A DNA stretch of 64,000 nucleotides, taken from contig OZ219871.1 in NCBI GenBank assembly GCA_964291495.2, positions 64,001 through 128,000 of the forward strand, written 5' to 3'. The stretch comes from Dehalococcoidia bacterium. Lineage in GTDB: Bacteria; Chloroflexota; Dehalococcoidia; UBA2979. Position numbers and translations under genes: made by a program. Under the pieces are notes generated by a model. The model was given only the letters and a program-made list of their open reading frames with translations, was not told the DNA's origin and did no database searches. This document shows positions 9,617 to 19,109 of the stretch, one piece after another (the first letter of the stretch is position 1; each line of letters begins with the position of its first letter).

Positions 9617-10393
9617 ATGAGCCGGACTCTGCGACGACCGATGCTCCTGAGCGCGGCCAGCGCCTTGCTGCTGGCCGCGCTCACCGTCTCCCTCGCGACG
9701 GGCGCCGGCCGCGCCCATGCGTGCTCGTGCGCCGAGCCGCCGCCGCCCCTCGAGGCTCTCGAGGAGGCCGCCGCCGTCTTCTCGGGGACGGTCGTCTCCT
9801 TCGAGACGTACGAGTTCGAGGTGGACTTCGGGTCCGACAGGTCGGAATCGTTCTGGTCGGTGGAGTTCGAGGTCGGCACGGTCTGGAACGGGCCCGTCGC
9901 ATCGACGACCTTCGTGTACGTCTGGCACGGCCCCGCGTGCGGCTACGGGAACTTCGAGGTCGGGGAGGACTTCCTCGTCTACGCCGACCGGCGCGACTTC
10001 CCCGGGGTCGACGCCGACACCCTCTTCGTCAGCTTCTGCAGCCGCACGCGGCCCCTCGAGAGCGCCGGGGACGACCTCGATCAACTCGGAGAAGGGCAGG
10101 TCCCGGAGCCCGGCATCGCGGGCGCCGACCCCGCGTCGAGCGCCGAGGAGGGGGAGACGCCAGACCCCGCGCCAACCTCGGACGAGCCGCAACGCGGCCC
10201 GACCCTCGCGGACACCGGCCACGGGCCGGCGTTCGAGGATGGCGGGCGCATCGCCGGCCCCGGTACGAGCGACGCCGCGGTGACGACCGGCGGCTCCGCC
10301 GGGCCGCCCGCCTGGGCGATCCCGTTCCTCGCCAGCCTCGTGGCAGCCTCGGTCCTCGTCCGGCTCGCGGTGCGGCCTCGACAGCGAGCGTAG
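9617..10393 (+). CDS. Exported TIMP/NTR-like protein with C-terminal anchor
   Basis: Signal peptide ending AHA|CSC, AVFSGTVV, ACG..F..G..FLVYA, CSRT, LADTG, TM helix, basic tail. Confidence 0.7.
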   Translation: MSRTLRRPMLLSAASALLLAALTVSLATGAGRAHACSCAEPPPPLEALEEAAAVFSGTVVSFETYEFEVDFGSDRSESFWSVEFEVGTVWNGPVASTTFVYVWHGPACGYGNFEVGEDFLVYADRRDFPGVDADTLFVSFCSRTRPLESAGDDLDQLGEGQVPEPGIAGADPASSAEEGETPDPAPTSDEPQRGPTLADTGHGPAFEDGGRIAGPGTSDAAVTTGGSAGPPAWAIPFLASLVAASVLVRLAVRPRQRA

Positions 10394-10410
10394 GTTGAGG
10401 CGGGGTACGC

Positions 10411-10965
10411 ATGCGCTGGATGCCGCGGCGGCTGATACTCCTCGCCGGCAGCGCCTTGCTGCTGGCCCCGCTGCTCGCCGTCCAGCTCGCAACGGGAGCC
10501 GGGCGCACGCATGCGTGCTCTTGCACTCCTCCAACACTCGAGGAGGCGTTCGAGCGCGCCTCCGCCGTCTTCCTGGGGCGAATTGCGGGGGTGTCGGGCG
10601 AGTGGGACAACATCATTGAGATCGAGGTCGACACGGTCTGGAAGGGATCGCTAGCGCGCACCGCCGTCGTGCACCGACCACAGGAATGTGCCCACCCCGG
10701 CTTCACTCTGGGGAGGGATTATGTCGTGTTCGCACGCAGTTACGAGGAGTCCCTGGCCGTCTTCCTTTGCAGCGGGACCACGGTCGTCGACGACGGTGCG
10801 TATGCCGAAGTGCTCGTGAGGGAACTCGGCGAGGGGCAGGCTCCCCAGGCCAGCCTCCCCGGAGACAGGCTCCTCGCGCTGTCGATGCTGCTCCTGGTAA
10901 CGACGGCAGCAGCCGTGATCCTCTGGCTGGCGGCATGGCACTTCAACCGGAGTAGCCACCGCTAG
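10411..10965 (+). CDS. Exported TIMP/NTR-like protein, paralog 2
   Basis: THA|CSC, AVFLGRI, VDTVWKG, F..G..YVVFA, CSGT, C-terminal TM helix. Confidence 0.7.
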   Translation: MRWMPRRLILLAGSALLLAPLLAVQLATGAGRTHACSCTPPTLEEAFERASAVFLGRIAGVSGEWDNIIEIEVDTVWKGSLARTAVVHRPQECAHPGFTLGRDYVVFARSYEESLAVFLCSGTTVVDDGAYAEVLVRELGEGQAPQASLPGDRLLALSMLLLVTTAAAVILWLAAWHFNRSSHR

Positions 10966-11924
10966 CGGAAGTGCGGGATCACCTCGTTGCCGATCAACTC
11001 GAGGTGGCGCGGCACCTCCGAGGGGTCGCACGACCAGTTGCAGATGAAGTAGCGCACCCCGGCGTCGATGAACGTCTCCAGCCGCGAGATCACGTCGGCG
11101 GGGCTGCCGAGGATGTCGTAGCGCGCGACGCGCGCGGAGAGGTCGCGGCCGTAGCGCAGCTTGCCGGCGGCCGCCTCGAGCGCCTCGTCGTAGGAGTCGC
11201 GCATCAGCCAGAAGGTCGTGAGCGCCCACTCCATGCCGGAGATGTCGCGCCCGATCTCCGCGGCGTGGGCGCGGATCGCCGTCACGCTCTCGCGGTACAT
11301 CTCCGGCGTCATGTAGTAGGGATCCCAGGCGTCGGCGTACGTCGCGGCGCGCTGGATCGCGCCGGTGGTGCTCTTGAAGCGCGGCTCGCCGTCCGGGCCG
11401 GTCTCGATGCCGCCCGGCCGGCCGCCTACCCAGATCGGCGGGTGCGGCTGCTGCACCGGCTTCGGCTCCATCGTGATGCCCTCGAAGCGGAAGCGCGGGC
11501 TGTCGTAGCCCGACTCCTCCTCCGTCCAGAGGCTGCGGATGATCTCGATGCCCTCGTCGGTGCGGCGTCCGCGCTCGTTGAGCGGGATGCCGAAGCCCTC
11601 GAACTGCTTGGGGAACTCGCCGCCCACGCCCACGCCGAGGATGGCGCGGCCGTTGGAGAGCACGTCGAGCGTGCCGAACTGCTTCGCGACCCAGGCCGGA
11701 TGGTGCAACGGCAGCAGCAGCACGTCCGAGCCGACCGTGATGCGCGAGGTGGCGGCGGCCGCGAAGCAGAGCGTCGTGAACGAGTCGTAGGAGGGATCGC
11801 GGTTCGTGGGCGTCTCGCCCGCCCAGAAGCCGTCGAAGCCGAGGTCCTCGAGACGGCGGGCGAACTCGCCGGGCGTGAACCCGGAGCGGTACGAGTAGAA
11901 GGCGCCGAAGCCGATGCGTTCGAT
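10962..11924 (-). CDS. LLM-class flavin/F420-dependent oxidoreductase
   Basis: AAAATSRI, TLDVLSNGR.ILGVGVG, PKPVQQPHPPIWVGG; apparent start is ATC after GGAGG. Confidence 0.88.
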   Translation of the reverse strand: MERIGFGAFYSYRSGFTPGEFARRLEDLGFDGFWAGETPTNRDPSYDSFTTLCFAAAATSRITVGSDVLLLPLHHPAWVAKQFGTLDVLSNGRAILGVGVGGEFPKQFEGFGIPLNERGRRTDEGIEIIRSLWTEEESGYDSPRFRFEGITMEPKPVQQPHPPIWVGGRPGGIETGPDGEPRFKSTTGAIQRAATYADAWDPYYMTPEMYRESVTAIRAHAAEIGRDISGMEWALTTFWLMRDSYDEALEAAAGKLRYGRDLSARVARYDILGSPADVISRLETFIDAGVRYFICNWSCDPSEVPRHLELIGNEVIPHFR

Positions 11925-11952
11925 GACGCCCTCCCCTCGCGGCGGCCTCGCG

Positions 11953-12363
11953 CTACCTGGCGGGCCGGAACACCGGGAGCTGGTACTCGCCGTGCTGGTC
12001 CTCGCCGTCGAGCCAGTCGACCTCCATCGCAAGGCCGTCGCGCAAGCCGTCCGTCTCCAGCTCGTGCGGCTGGGTGACGAAGAGCGGACCCTCGTCGAGC
12101 TCGACCATGAGCACGGTGTGCGGGGCCGGGTACTGCGGGAAGTAGGGCCGGTGGTAGATCACCCAGGAGAGCAGCGTGGCCCGGCCGCTCACCTCCTCCC
12201 AGCTGTAGTCCTCGCCGACGCACCCGTCGCAGACCGGGCCGGGCGGCCAGCGGAAGCGAGCGCAGTCGGTGCAACGCTGCAAGCGCAGCTCGCGCTGCCC
12301 GGTGAACTCCCAGAACCGCTCGGCGTAGGGGTCCATCACGCGAGGAGGGCGTTGCGTGGCCAC
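11953..12363 (-). CDS. DUF35 Zn-ribbon OB-fold protein
   Basis: FWE, QRCTDC..WPP..CDGC, VELDEGP; GTG start. Confidence 0.9.
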   Translation of the reverse strand: MATQRPPRVMDPYAERFWEFTGQRELRLQRCTDCARFRWPPGPVCDGCVGEDYSWEEVSGRATLLSWVIYHRPYFPQYPAPHTVLMVELDEGPLFVTQPHELETDGLRDGLAMEVDWLDGEDQHGEYQLPVFRPAR

Positions 12364-12365
12364 GG

Positions 12366-13571
12366 CTAGCCGCCCTTCGTGTAGATCAGGCTCAGGCACT
12401 TGCCGGCCACGTCGTGGGCGTACTGCGCAACCTCGGCGCCCTCGACCTGGCGCTCGCCGAGGCCGCCGCGCAGCTGGCGCACTAGCTCCACCTGCTGGTT
12501 CCAGCTCTGCATGTAGCTCTCTGAGAGCATCCCGCCGCTGGTGTTGCAAGGCAGCTCGCCACCGACCTCGATGCGCCCGTCCTGGATGAAGTCGCCGCTC
12601 TCGCCCTCGCCGCAGAACCCGAAGCCCTCGAGGGTGAAGAGCAGGTGCACGCTGAAGCTGTCGTAGGTCGCGTAGACGTCGATGTCGCTCTGGGTCACGC
12701 CGGCCATCGGGTAGGCCTGGGCGGCGACATCGCGGTGGGCGGGGAAGTAGAAGTCCTTGATACGCGGCCGCAGCTGCGTGGCGCCGACGCTCAGCTCGGA
12801 CGAGCCGAAGCCGCTGACCAGCACCGGCTCGTGTTTGCGCTCCCGGGCGAGGTCGGCGCGCTGCACGATCAGCGCGACCCCGCCATCGTTGACGAGGCAG
12901 TAGTCGAAGAGCCGCAGCGGCTCGACGATGTAGCGGGTGTTCAGGTAGTCCTCGATGCTGAGTGGCTGCTGCATGATCGCGTTCGGGTTGAGCCGTGCGT
13001 GCTTGCGCAGCGCGACGGGGATGGCGGCCAGTTGCTCCTCGGTGGTGCCGTAGACCAGCTGGTGGCGCTTGAACATCAGCGAGTACAGCGCGCCCTGCGA
13101 GGTCAGGCCCCAGGGCGCGTAGTAGACGTAGGCGAGGATTCCGCCGCCGCCCATCGCCTGCGGCCCGCCGTACTGCACGTTCGCCGAACGCTGCGCGTTG
13201 CCGTAGACGCAGGCGACGGTGGTGCAGAGGCCCGCCCGGATCGCCTGCACCGCGTCGATGATGCTGCCCGGCGCGTCGCCGCCGCTGCTCCAACGCGGGT
13301 TGAGGCCCAGCAGCTCGGCGATCCGCTCGTGCGCGATCGGCCCGCCCACGCAGAGGCCATCGATCTCCTGCTTCTCCAGCCCGGCGTCGTCGAGGGCGCG
13401 CCGGAAGGCGCGGGCCGCGAGCACGTACGAGTCCCCGCCGCCGCTGCCGACCGGCCTCGCCTCTCCTTGCGGGGTGCGGTAGTCCGCCGCGTAGTCGGTG
13501 TCGCCGACGCCGACGATCGCGGCGACGTCCTTGAAGGCGCTGAGCCGATCGATGTCCGCTTGAGCTGCCAC
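12366..13571 (-). CDS. Thiolase-family / Ltp2-like aldolase-type protein
   Basis: AAIVGVG, PLRLFDYCLVNDGG, TYDSF, NTSGGMLSESY; GTG start. Confidence 0.9.
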   Translation of the reverse strand: MAAQADIDRLSAFKDVAAIVGVGDTDYAADYRTPQGEARPVGSGGGDSYVLAARAFRRALDDAGLEKQEIDGLCVGGPIAHERIAELLGLNPRWSSGGDAPGSIIDAVQAIRAGLCTTVACVYGNAQRSANVQYGGPQAMGGGGILAYVYYAPWGLTSQGALYSLMFKRHQLVYGTTEEQLAAIPVALRKHARLNPNAIMQQPLSIEDYLNTRYIVEPLRLFDYCLVNDGGVALIVQRADLARERKHEPVLVSGFGSSELSVGATQLRPRIKDFYFPAHRDVAAQAYPMAGVTQSDIDVYATYDSFSVHLLFTLEGFGFCGEGESGDFIQDGRIEVGGELPCNTSGGMLSESYMQSWNQQVELVRQLRGGLGERQVEGAEVAQYAHDVAGKCLSLIYTKGG

Positions 13572-13694
13572 GCGCGTCCCTCCCGCTCCGGGCGGCGCGA
13601 CGGTATCACAACGCCTGTCCGCCCCGGCCGGCGCGCCGGGCCGGCAGCGCGCCGCTAGACTGACCGCCGCAGCGTCCGGGGAGGGAGCACCGCC

Positions 13695-14888
13695 ATGAGC
13701 GCACTCGAGGGGATCAAGGTTCTGGACCTGTCGCGGCTGGCGCCCGGACCGTTCTGCACCATGCTGCTCAGCGACTTCGGCGCCGACGTATTGCTCGTCG
13801 AGGCGCCGCGGCACCTCGTCAGCCGCGGAGCGGCGGCCGAGCCGGACGAGGTCGAGCGGGAGGCAGAGGCGCGCGAGCTGCGCCACGACGCGCTGCGGCG
13901 CAACAAGCGCTCGATCGTCATCAACCTCCGCGAGGATGCGGGCAAGGAGATCTTCTACCGCCTCTGCGAGGACGCGGACGTGGTCCTCGAGGGATTCCGG
14001 CCGGGCGTGGTCGAGCGGCTGGGGGTGGACTACGAGACGGTGTCGCGCATCAACCCGCGCATTGTCTACTGCTCGCTCTCGGGCTACGGGCAGGACGGCC
14101 CGTACCGGCTGATGGTGGGCCACGACATCAACTACATCGCGATGGCCGGCGCGTTGGGCGCGATCGGGCGGCCGGGCCAGAAGCCGTCGATCCCCCTCAA
14201 CATCCTCGCCGACTACGCAGGCGGGGGGACGATGGCCGCCTTCTCCGTCACCACGGCGCTGATGGCGCGCGAGCGCAGCGGCCGAGGCCAGTACATCGAC
14301 CTCGCGATGTCGGACGGGGTGCTCTACCTGCTCGCCGCTGCCGTCTCGCGCATGCTCGCCGGGGGCGAGCCGCCGCGCCCGGGCGCCAGCAGCTACTCCG
14401 GCGTGAACCCGCACTACGATGTCTACGAGACCGCGGACGGCGGCTACATCTCGCTCGGCACGCAGGAGGCGCACTTCTGGGAGAACCTCTGCGACGTCGT
14501 CGGTCGCGAGGACTTCAAGCCGCTCCAGCACGAGACCGAGCGACACCCCGAGATCCGCGAGCACCTCGAGGCGACCTTCCGGCAGCGCACGCGCGACGAG
14601 TGGTTCGAGCAGCTCAAGGAGGTCGAGCTCTGCATCGCCCCCGTCTACTCGCTCGACGAGGCGCTCGAGGATCCGCACAACCGCCATCGCGGGATGCTCT
14701 CCAGCGTCACCGCCCCCGGCGGCGACGAGGTCGCGCAGATCGGCGTTGGCCCGAAGCTCTCGGAGACTCCCGGACAACCGAGGACCGCCGGGCCCTCTCC
14801 CGGCGATCAGACTGACGACGTGCTCGGAGGCCTCGGCTATGGCGCGGATCGGGTAGCGGAGCTGCGGGCGGCCGGCGTCATCGGCTAG
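13695..14888 (+). CDS. CaiB/BaiF family III CoA-transferase, alpha-methylacyl-CoA racemase-like
   Basis: LEGIKVLDLSRLAPGPFC, GHDINY, PLNILADYAGGG (catalytic His and Asp of the MCR type). Confidence 0.92.
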   Translation: MSALEGIKVLDLSRLAPGPFCTMLLSDFGADVLLVEAPRHLVSRGAAAEPDEVEREAEARELRHDALRRNKRSIVINLREDAGKEIFYRLCEDADVVLEGFRPGVVERLGVDYETVSRINPRIVYCSLSGYGQDGPYRLMVGHDINYIAMAGALGAIGRPGQKPSIPLNILADYAGGGTMAAFSVTTALMARERSGRGQYIDLAMSDGVLYLLAAAVSRMLAGGEPPRPGASSYSGVNPHYDVYETADGGYISLGTQEAHFWENLCDVVGREDFKPLQHETERHPEIREHLEATFRQRTRDEWFEQLKEVELCIAPVYSLDEALEDPHNRHRGMLSSVTAPGGDEVAQIGVGPKLSETPGQPRTAGPSPGDQTDDVLGGLGYGADRVAELRAAGVIG

Positions 14889-16087
14889 CCGGCGAGCACG
14901 CCTTCCTCGCGGAGGCGCGCGATCTCGGCCCCGGAGTAGCCGGCCTCGCCGAGGACGGCGCCGTTGTGCTCGCCGAGCTGCGGGGCCGGGCCCTGGATCG
15001 CGGCCGGGGTGCCCTCGAAGTCCCACGGCGGGGCAACCTGGCGCAGCGTGCCGACGCCGGGCTGCTCGACGGTCTCGATCACCCCGACGTGCCGGGCCTG
15101 CTCCTCGGCGACGAGCGCCTCATAGTCGTTCTTGGGGTACGCCCAGCCGCCGTAGCGGCGGGTGATCTCGATCGCCTCGTCGACCGTGAAGTTCGCGAGC
15201 GCCCGCTCCCAGACCGGCCGGGCGAGGTGCGAGTAGCGCCCGCCTCCGCCGCCGGTGTCGATGTTGACCAGCTCGAACAGCGGGTCGCCCTCGACCCATT
15301 CCATGCCCAGCTCGCGGTACAGCTGCTCGCGCTGCTCGGGGCCCGTGCGCGCCAGCGAGAAGTAGATCGCGCCGTCCTTGCAGTGGTAGCCGGTGTCCGG
15401 AGGCTTGATGTAGCTGTCGAGGTGGAAGCCCCACCATTCGTCCGGGTTGGAGAGCGCCACCCAGAGCGTGGACCGCATCGCGAGGATGCTGCCGAAGAGC
15501 GAGACATCGATGCGCTGGCCACCGCTCTCGTCGCGCGCGTAGACGGCGGCGCAGATGCTCATTACCGCGTAGATCGCGGCGTACATGCCCGCGATGTCCG
15601 TCGCCATGCGGACCGGCGGCTGTCCGATCGCTCCCAGCGAGCCGGTCCCGTCGCCCGCGAGCTGCGCGATCAGCTCGCCGTACGGCGGCTGGTCGGCCCA
15701 CGGCCCACCCTCGCCGTACTCGGAGAAGCCGCAGTAGACCAGCTGAGGGTTCAACTCTCCGAGCGAGTCGTACTGCAGCGCGGCGGCGGCGGACCAGCCG
15801 GCGTCCGCGATCACGATGTCGGCGCCGGCGATCAGCTTGCGCAGAACCTCGATGCCCGCCTCGCTCTCGGCGTCGAGGGCGATGCCGCGCTTGCCGCGGT
15901 TCGCCGAGAGGTACGCGACGCCGACGTCGCCGCGCTTGCGCGAGCCCCAGCCGCGCGTGCGGTCGCCGCCGGGCTTCTCGACCTTGATGACGCTCGCTCC
16001 GGCATCGGACAGCTCCTGCGCGCAGTACGGCCCGGCGACGCCCTCGGCCAGTTCGACGACGCGGAGGCCTTCGAGCGGGCCGCCCAC
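14885..16087 (-). CDS. Family III CoA-transferase, Asp-less subunit
   Basis: PLEGLRVVEL, NRGKR, AP.LGEH; DIAGMYAA at the catalytic-Asp position. Confidence 0.88.
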   Translation of the reverse strand: MGGPLEGLRVVELAEGVAGPYCAQELSDAGASVIKVEKPGGDRTRGWGSRKRGDVGVAYLSANRGKRGIALDAESEAGIEVLRKLIAGADIVIADAGWSAAAALQYDSLGELNPQLVYCGFSEYGEGGPWADQPPYGELIAQLAGDGTGSLGAIGQPPVRMATDIAGMYAAIYAVMSICAAVYARDESGGQRIDVSLFGSILAMRSTLWVALSNPDEWWGFHLDSYIKPPDTGYHCKDGAIYFSLARTGPEQREQLYRELGMEWVEGDPLFELVNIDTGGGGGRYSHLARPVWERALANFTVDEAIEITRRYGGWAYPKNDYEALVAEEQARHVGVIETVEQPGVGTLRQVAPPWDFEGTPAAIQGPAPQLGEHNGAVLGEAGYSGAEIARLREEGVLAG

Positions 16088-17284
16088 CTAGGACTCCCGT
16101 GCGGCGGCCGGCTGCTCCGAGGCCCCGCGCTGCTGCTGGAGGTCGGCGAGGATCTCCTGCGAGTGCTCGCCGGGCATCGGCGGGCTGAACATCCGCGCGG
16201 GCGTGTCCGAGAGGCGCCAGGGCGGGCCGCCGGTCCAAACCTGACCCCAGGCCGCCGTCTCCACGGGCACGATGTAGTCGTTCTCAAGCACCTGCGCGTG
16301 GTGGCGAAGCTCAGCCCAGGTCATCGGGTAGCCGACGGGAACGCCGGCGCGGTTGAGGCGCACCAGCCAGTAGTCGCGCACCATGCCCGCGAGGATCGGC
16401 TCGAGCAGGCCGTCGAGCTCCTCGCGGTTGTCGACGCGGTCGGCGTTCACGGCGAAGCGCGGGTCGGCAGCGAGGTCGGGCTGACCGATCACCTCGCAGA
16501 ACCCGCGCCACTCGTCCTCGCTGGTGACGGAGACGCCGAGGACCGCGCCGTCCGCGCACTCGTACGCGCGGTCTGGTGCGGTGTTCTGCGAGCCGGAGCC
16601 AAGCCGCTGCGGCTGGTGGCCGCTGGCGAGGTACTCGCCGATGCGCACGCTCTGCAGCGCCGAGCCAGCTCTGAGCATCGAGACGTGGATGCGCTGGCCC
16701 TTGCCGGTGCGCTTGCGGGCGAGCAGGCCCATCAGGATCGCCTGCGCGGCGTAGTTGCCGCTGGTCGCGTCCATCTGGGTGAAGTGGCGGTTGATCTCGT
16801 CGTCGCCGTCGGGCACGCCCGTCCCGGTCGCGAAGCCGGTGACGTACTGCGCGGGCGTATCCGCGCCGGGCAGGAGCGCCATCGGCCCGCTCTCGCCCCA
16901 GCCCGTGATGGCGCAGTAGACGATCTGCGGGTTGATCTCGGAGACGACGTCGTAGCCGACACCCAGCCGGTCGGCGACGCCGGGCGTCATGTTGATCAGG
17001 AATACGTCGCTCGTCTTCAACAGCTCGTAGGCGACGGCCCGGTCCTCCGGCGACTTCATGCCGAGCGAGAGGCCGCGCTTGTTCATGTTCCAGGTGATGT
17101 AGCCGATCGAGGTGCCGTTGATCAGCGGCGGCACGCCCGCGCCGAGCGTGCTCCAGTCCACGTCCGGCTGCTCGATGTGCACCACCTCCGCGCCGAGCGC
17201 GCCGAGCTGGACGGAGCACCACGGCCCCACCATCCACATCGTGAGATCGAAGACGCGAACCCCGGCCAGCGGTCCGTCACTCAT
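16088..17284 (-). CDS. Family III CoA-transferase, Asp-bearing subunit
   Basis: PLAGVRVFDL, NMNKR, QMDATSG; start refined to MSDGPL. Confidence 0.9.
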   Translation of the reverse strand: MSDGPLAGVRVFDLTMWMVGPWCSVQLGALGAEVVHIEQPDVDWSTLGAGVPPLINGTSIGYITWNMNKRGLSLGMKSPEDRAVAYELLKTSDVFLINMTPGVADRLGVGYDVVSEINPQIVYCAITGWGESGPMALLPGADTPAQYVTGFATGTGVPDGDDEINRHFTQMDATSGNYAAQAILMGLLARKRTGKGQRIHVSMLRAGSALQSVRIGEYLASGHQPQRLGSGSQNTAPDRAYECADGAVLGVSVTSEDEWRGFCEVIGQPDLAADPRFAVNADRVDNREELDGLLEPILAGMVRDYWLVRLNRAGVPVGYPMTWAELRHHAQVLENDYIVPVETAAWGQVWTGGPPWRLSDTPARMFSPPMPGEHSQEILADLQQQRGASEQPAAARES

Positions 17285-17396
17285 CGCGCACCTCCGTTCG
17301 GCATCGGGCGGGCCGGGGTACGGGGCGGCGCGATCAGCTGCGTGGCCGTACGCCCGAGGCCGTGGCGAGCATAACAAACCTGAAGGGCGCGCCTCG

Positions 17397-17810
17397 CTAC
17401 CCGCGCGGGCGGAACTTGACCAGCGTCACCTCGTCCGTCACGTCGTCGAACTCGACCTCGACAGGCATCCCCATCTCGATCGCCTCATTCGCCACGCCGA
17501 CGATGTTGGTCACGAGGCGCGGCCCCTCCTCGAGCTGCACGAGTGCGACGTTGTACGGGATGTCGTCGGCGAATGCCCGATTGAAGAGGTGGTGGTAGAC
17601 GCCGAACGACCAGACGGTCCCCCGCCCGCTCAGTGCCACCCACTCGTCGTTTTCCTCAAGGCACTCGGGGCAGTGCTTCGCCGGCGGGAAGCGCACGTAG
17701 TCGCAGCTGCCGCAGCGCTGCATCCGCAGCTCGTGCCGCTTCGCGGCCTCCCAGTAGGGCGCCATGTTCGGGTCCGCGACGTCCGGGAGCGGCTTCGCGT
17801 AGTCGGCCAT
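17397..17810 (-). CDS. DUF35 Zn-ribbon OB-fold protein
   Basis: KPLP, YWEAA, CGSC..FPP..CPEC, PYNVALVQLEEGPR. Confidence 0.93.
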   Translation of the reverse strand: MADYAKPLPDVADPNMAPYWEAAKRHELRMQRCGSCDYVRFPPAKHCPECLEENDEWVALSGRGTVWSFGVYHHLFNRAFADDIPYNVALVQLEEGPRLVTNIVGVANEAIEMGMPVEVEFDDVTDEVTLVKFRPRG

Positions 17811-17814
17811 CGCG

Positions 17815-18954
17815 CTAGTCCCTCCTCATGATCGTCGACGCGGCCTTGCTGAAGGCCATCGTCGAGCAGTACTGGGCGATCTCCGCGCCCTCCACCTGCC
17901 TCGGCCCGGCCTGGCCGCGCAGCTGGCGCACGGCCTCCGGAATGTGCAGCCAACCCCACATGTAGCTCTCCGAAAGCTGGCCGCCGTTGGTGTTGAGCGG
18001 CAACTCGCCCCCCAGGCCGATGCGGCCGTCCTGGATGAAGGAGCCGCCCTCGCCCACCTCGCAGAAGCCGTACCACTCCAGCATCTGCAGCACCCACACG
18101 CTCGTCGGATCCTGGATGAAGAGCACGTCCACGTCCTCGCGGCCGACGCCGGCGGCCGGGTACACCTGGTCCCGCACGGTCTGGATGAAGGGCCGCATCA
18201 ACTGGTCGTCGTTCTGGAAGTTGCGCAGCGAGGTGTTCTCCGCCATCCCCATGAGGTAGACCGGCGGCTGCTTCATGTCGCGCGCCCGTTCCGCCGAGGT
18301 CAGGATCACGCAGGCGCCGCCGTCCGTGATCAGGCACATGTCGAACAGGTGCAGCGGCTCCACGATGTAGCGCGAGTTGAGGTAGTCGTCCTTCGTCAGC
18401 TCGTCGCGCATCACCGCGATCGGGTTGAGGCGGGCGTGCGCGCGCTCGGTGAGGGCGATCGCCGACATCTGCTCCTCGGTGGTCCCGTACTCGTGCATGT
18501 GGCGGCGCAGCGCCATCGAGGCCGGCCCGGCGATGTTGAAGAGGCCGTGCGCGAGGGCGTAGTCGGCGGCCGAGGTGCCTGCGAAGAAGTTGCGGTTCGA
18601 GCGCTGGTTCGTGCCGTACATGCAGGCGACGGTGTGGGCGAACCCGCTCGTGATCAGCATCGCCGCGAAGTGCAGCGAGAAGTTGCACGTCCCGTAGTCG
18701 AGCGTGGCGCTGTAGAGCGGGTTGAGTCCGATCAGCGGCGCGATCTGCGTGTCCACGCCGAGGTCGCCGAAGGAGCGGCAGGTCAGCAGCCCGTCGATGT
18801 CCTCCTTCTCGAGGCCCGCGTCGTCGAGGGCGAGCTTGAACGCATCGACGGCGATCTCGTTGCCGTCCTTGCCGGGGATCGTGCCCTGCCGGGTGGTGCC
18901 GACGCCGACGATCGCGACCTGGTCGCGCAGCTTGCTCAATTCGGTGACGCCCAT
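17815..18954 (-). CDS. Thiolase-family / Ltp2-like protein
   Basis: VAIVGVG, PLHLFDMC..TDGG, IQDPT, NTNGGQLSESY. Confidence 0.9.
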   Translation of the reverse strand: MGVTELSKLRDQVAIVGVGTTRQGTIPGKDGNEIAVDAFKLALDDAGLEKEDIDGLLTCRSFGDLGVDTQIAPLIGLNPLYSATLDYGTCNFSLHFAAMLITSGFAHTVACMYGTNQRSNRNFFAGTSAADYALAHGLFNIAGPASMALRRHMHEYGTTEEQMSAIALTERAHARLNPIAVMRDELTKDDYLNSRYIVEPLHLFDMCLITDGGACVILTSAERARDMKQPPVYLMGMAENTSLRNFQNDDQLMRPFIQTVRDQVYPAAGVGREDVDVLFIQDPTSVWVLQMLEWYGFCEVGEGGSFIQDGRIGLGGELPLNTNGGQLSESYMWGWLHIPEAVRQLRGQAGPRQVEGAEIAQYCSTMAFSKAASTIMRRD

Positions 18955-19109
18955 GATCGCTCCCCGTGCGGCCGAAACGCGGCCCCAAGCATAGCCAATC
19001 TTCCTCGAGGGTCAGGGGAGCGTCGCCGCGCGGCGGATGGCAGCCGCTCGCGGCGTCGCTATGCTCGCAGGAGGACACCGCCCGCACTCGGCCGCGAGGA
19101 GGTGCAGCG

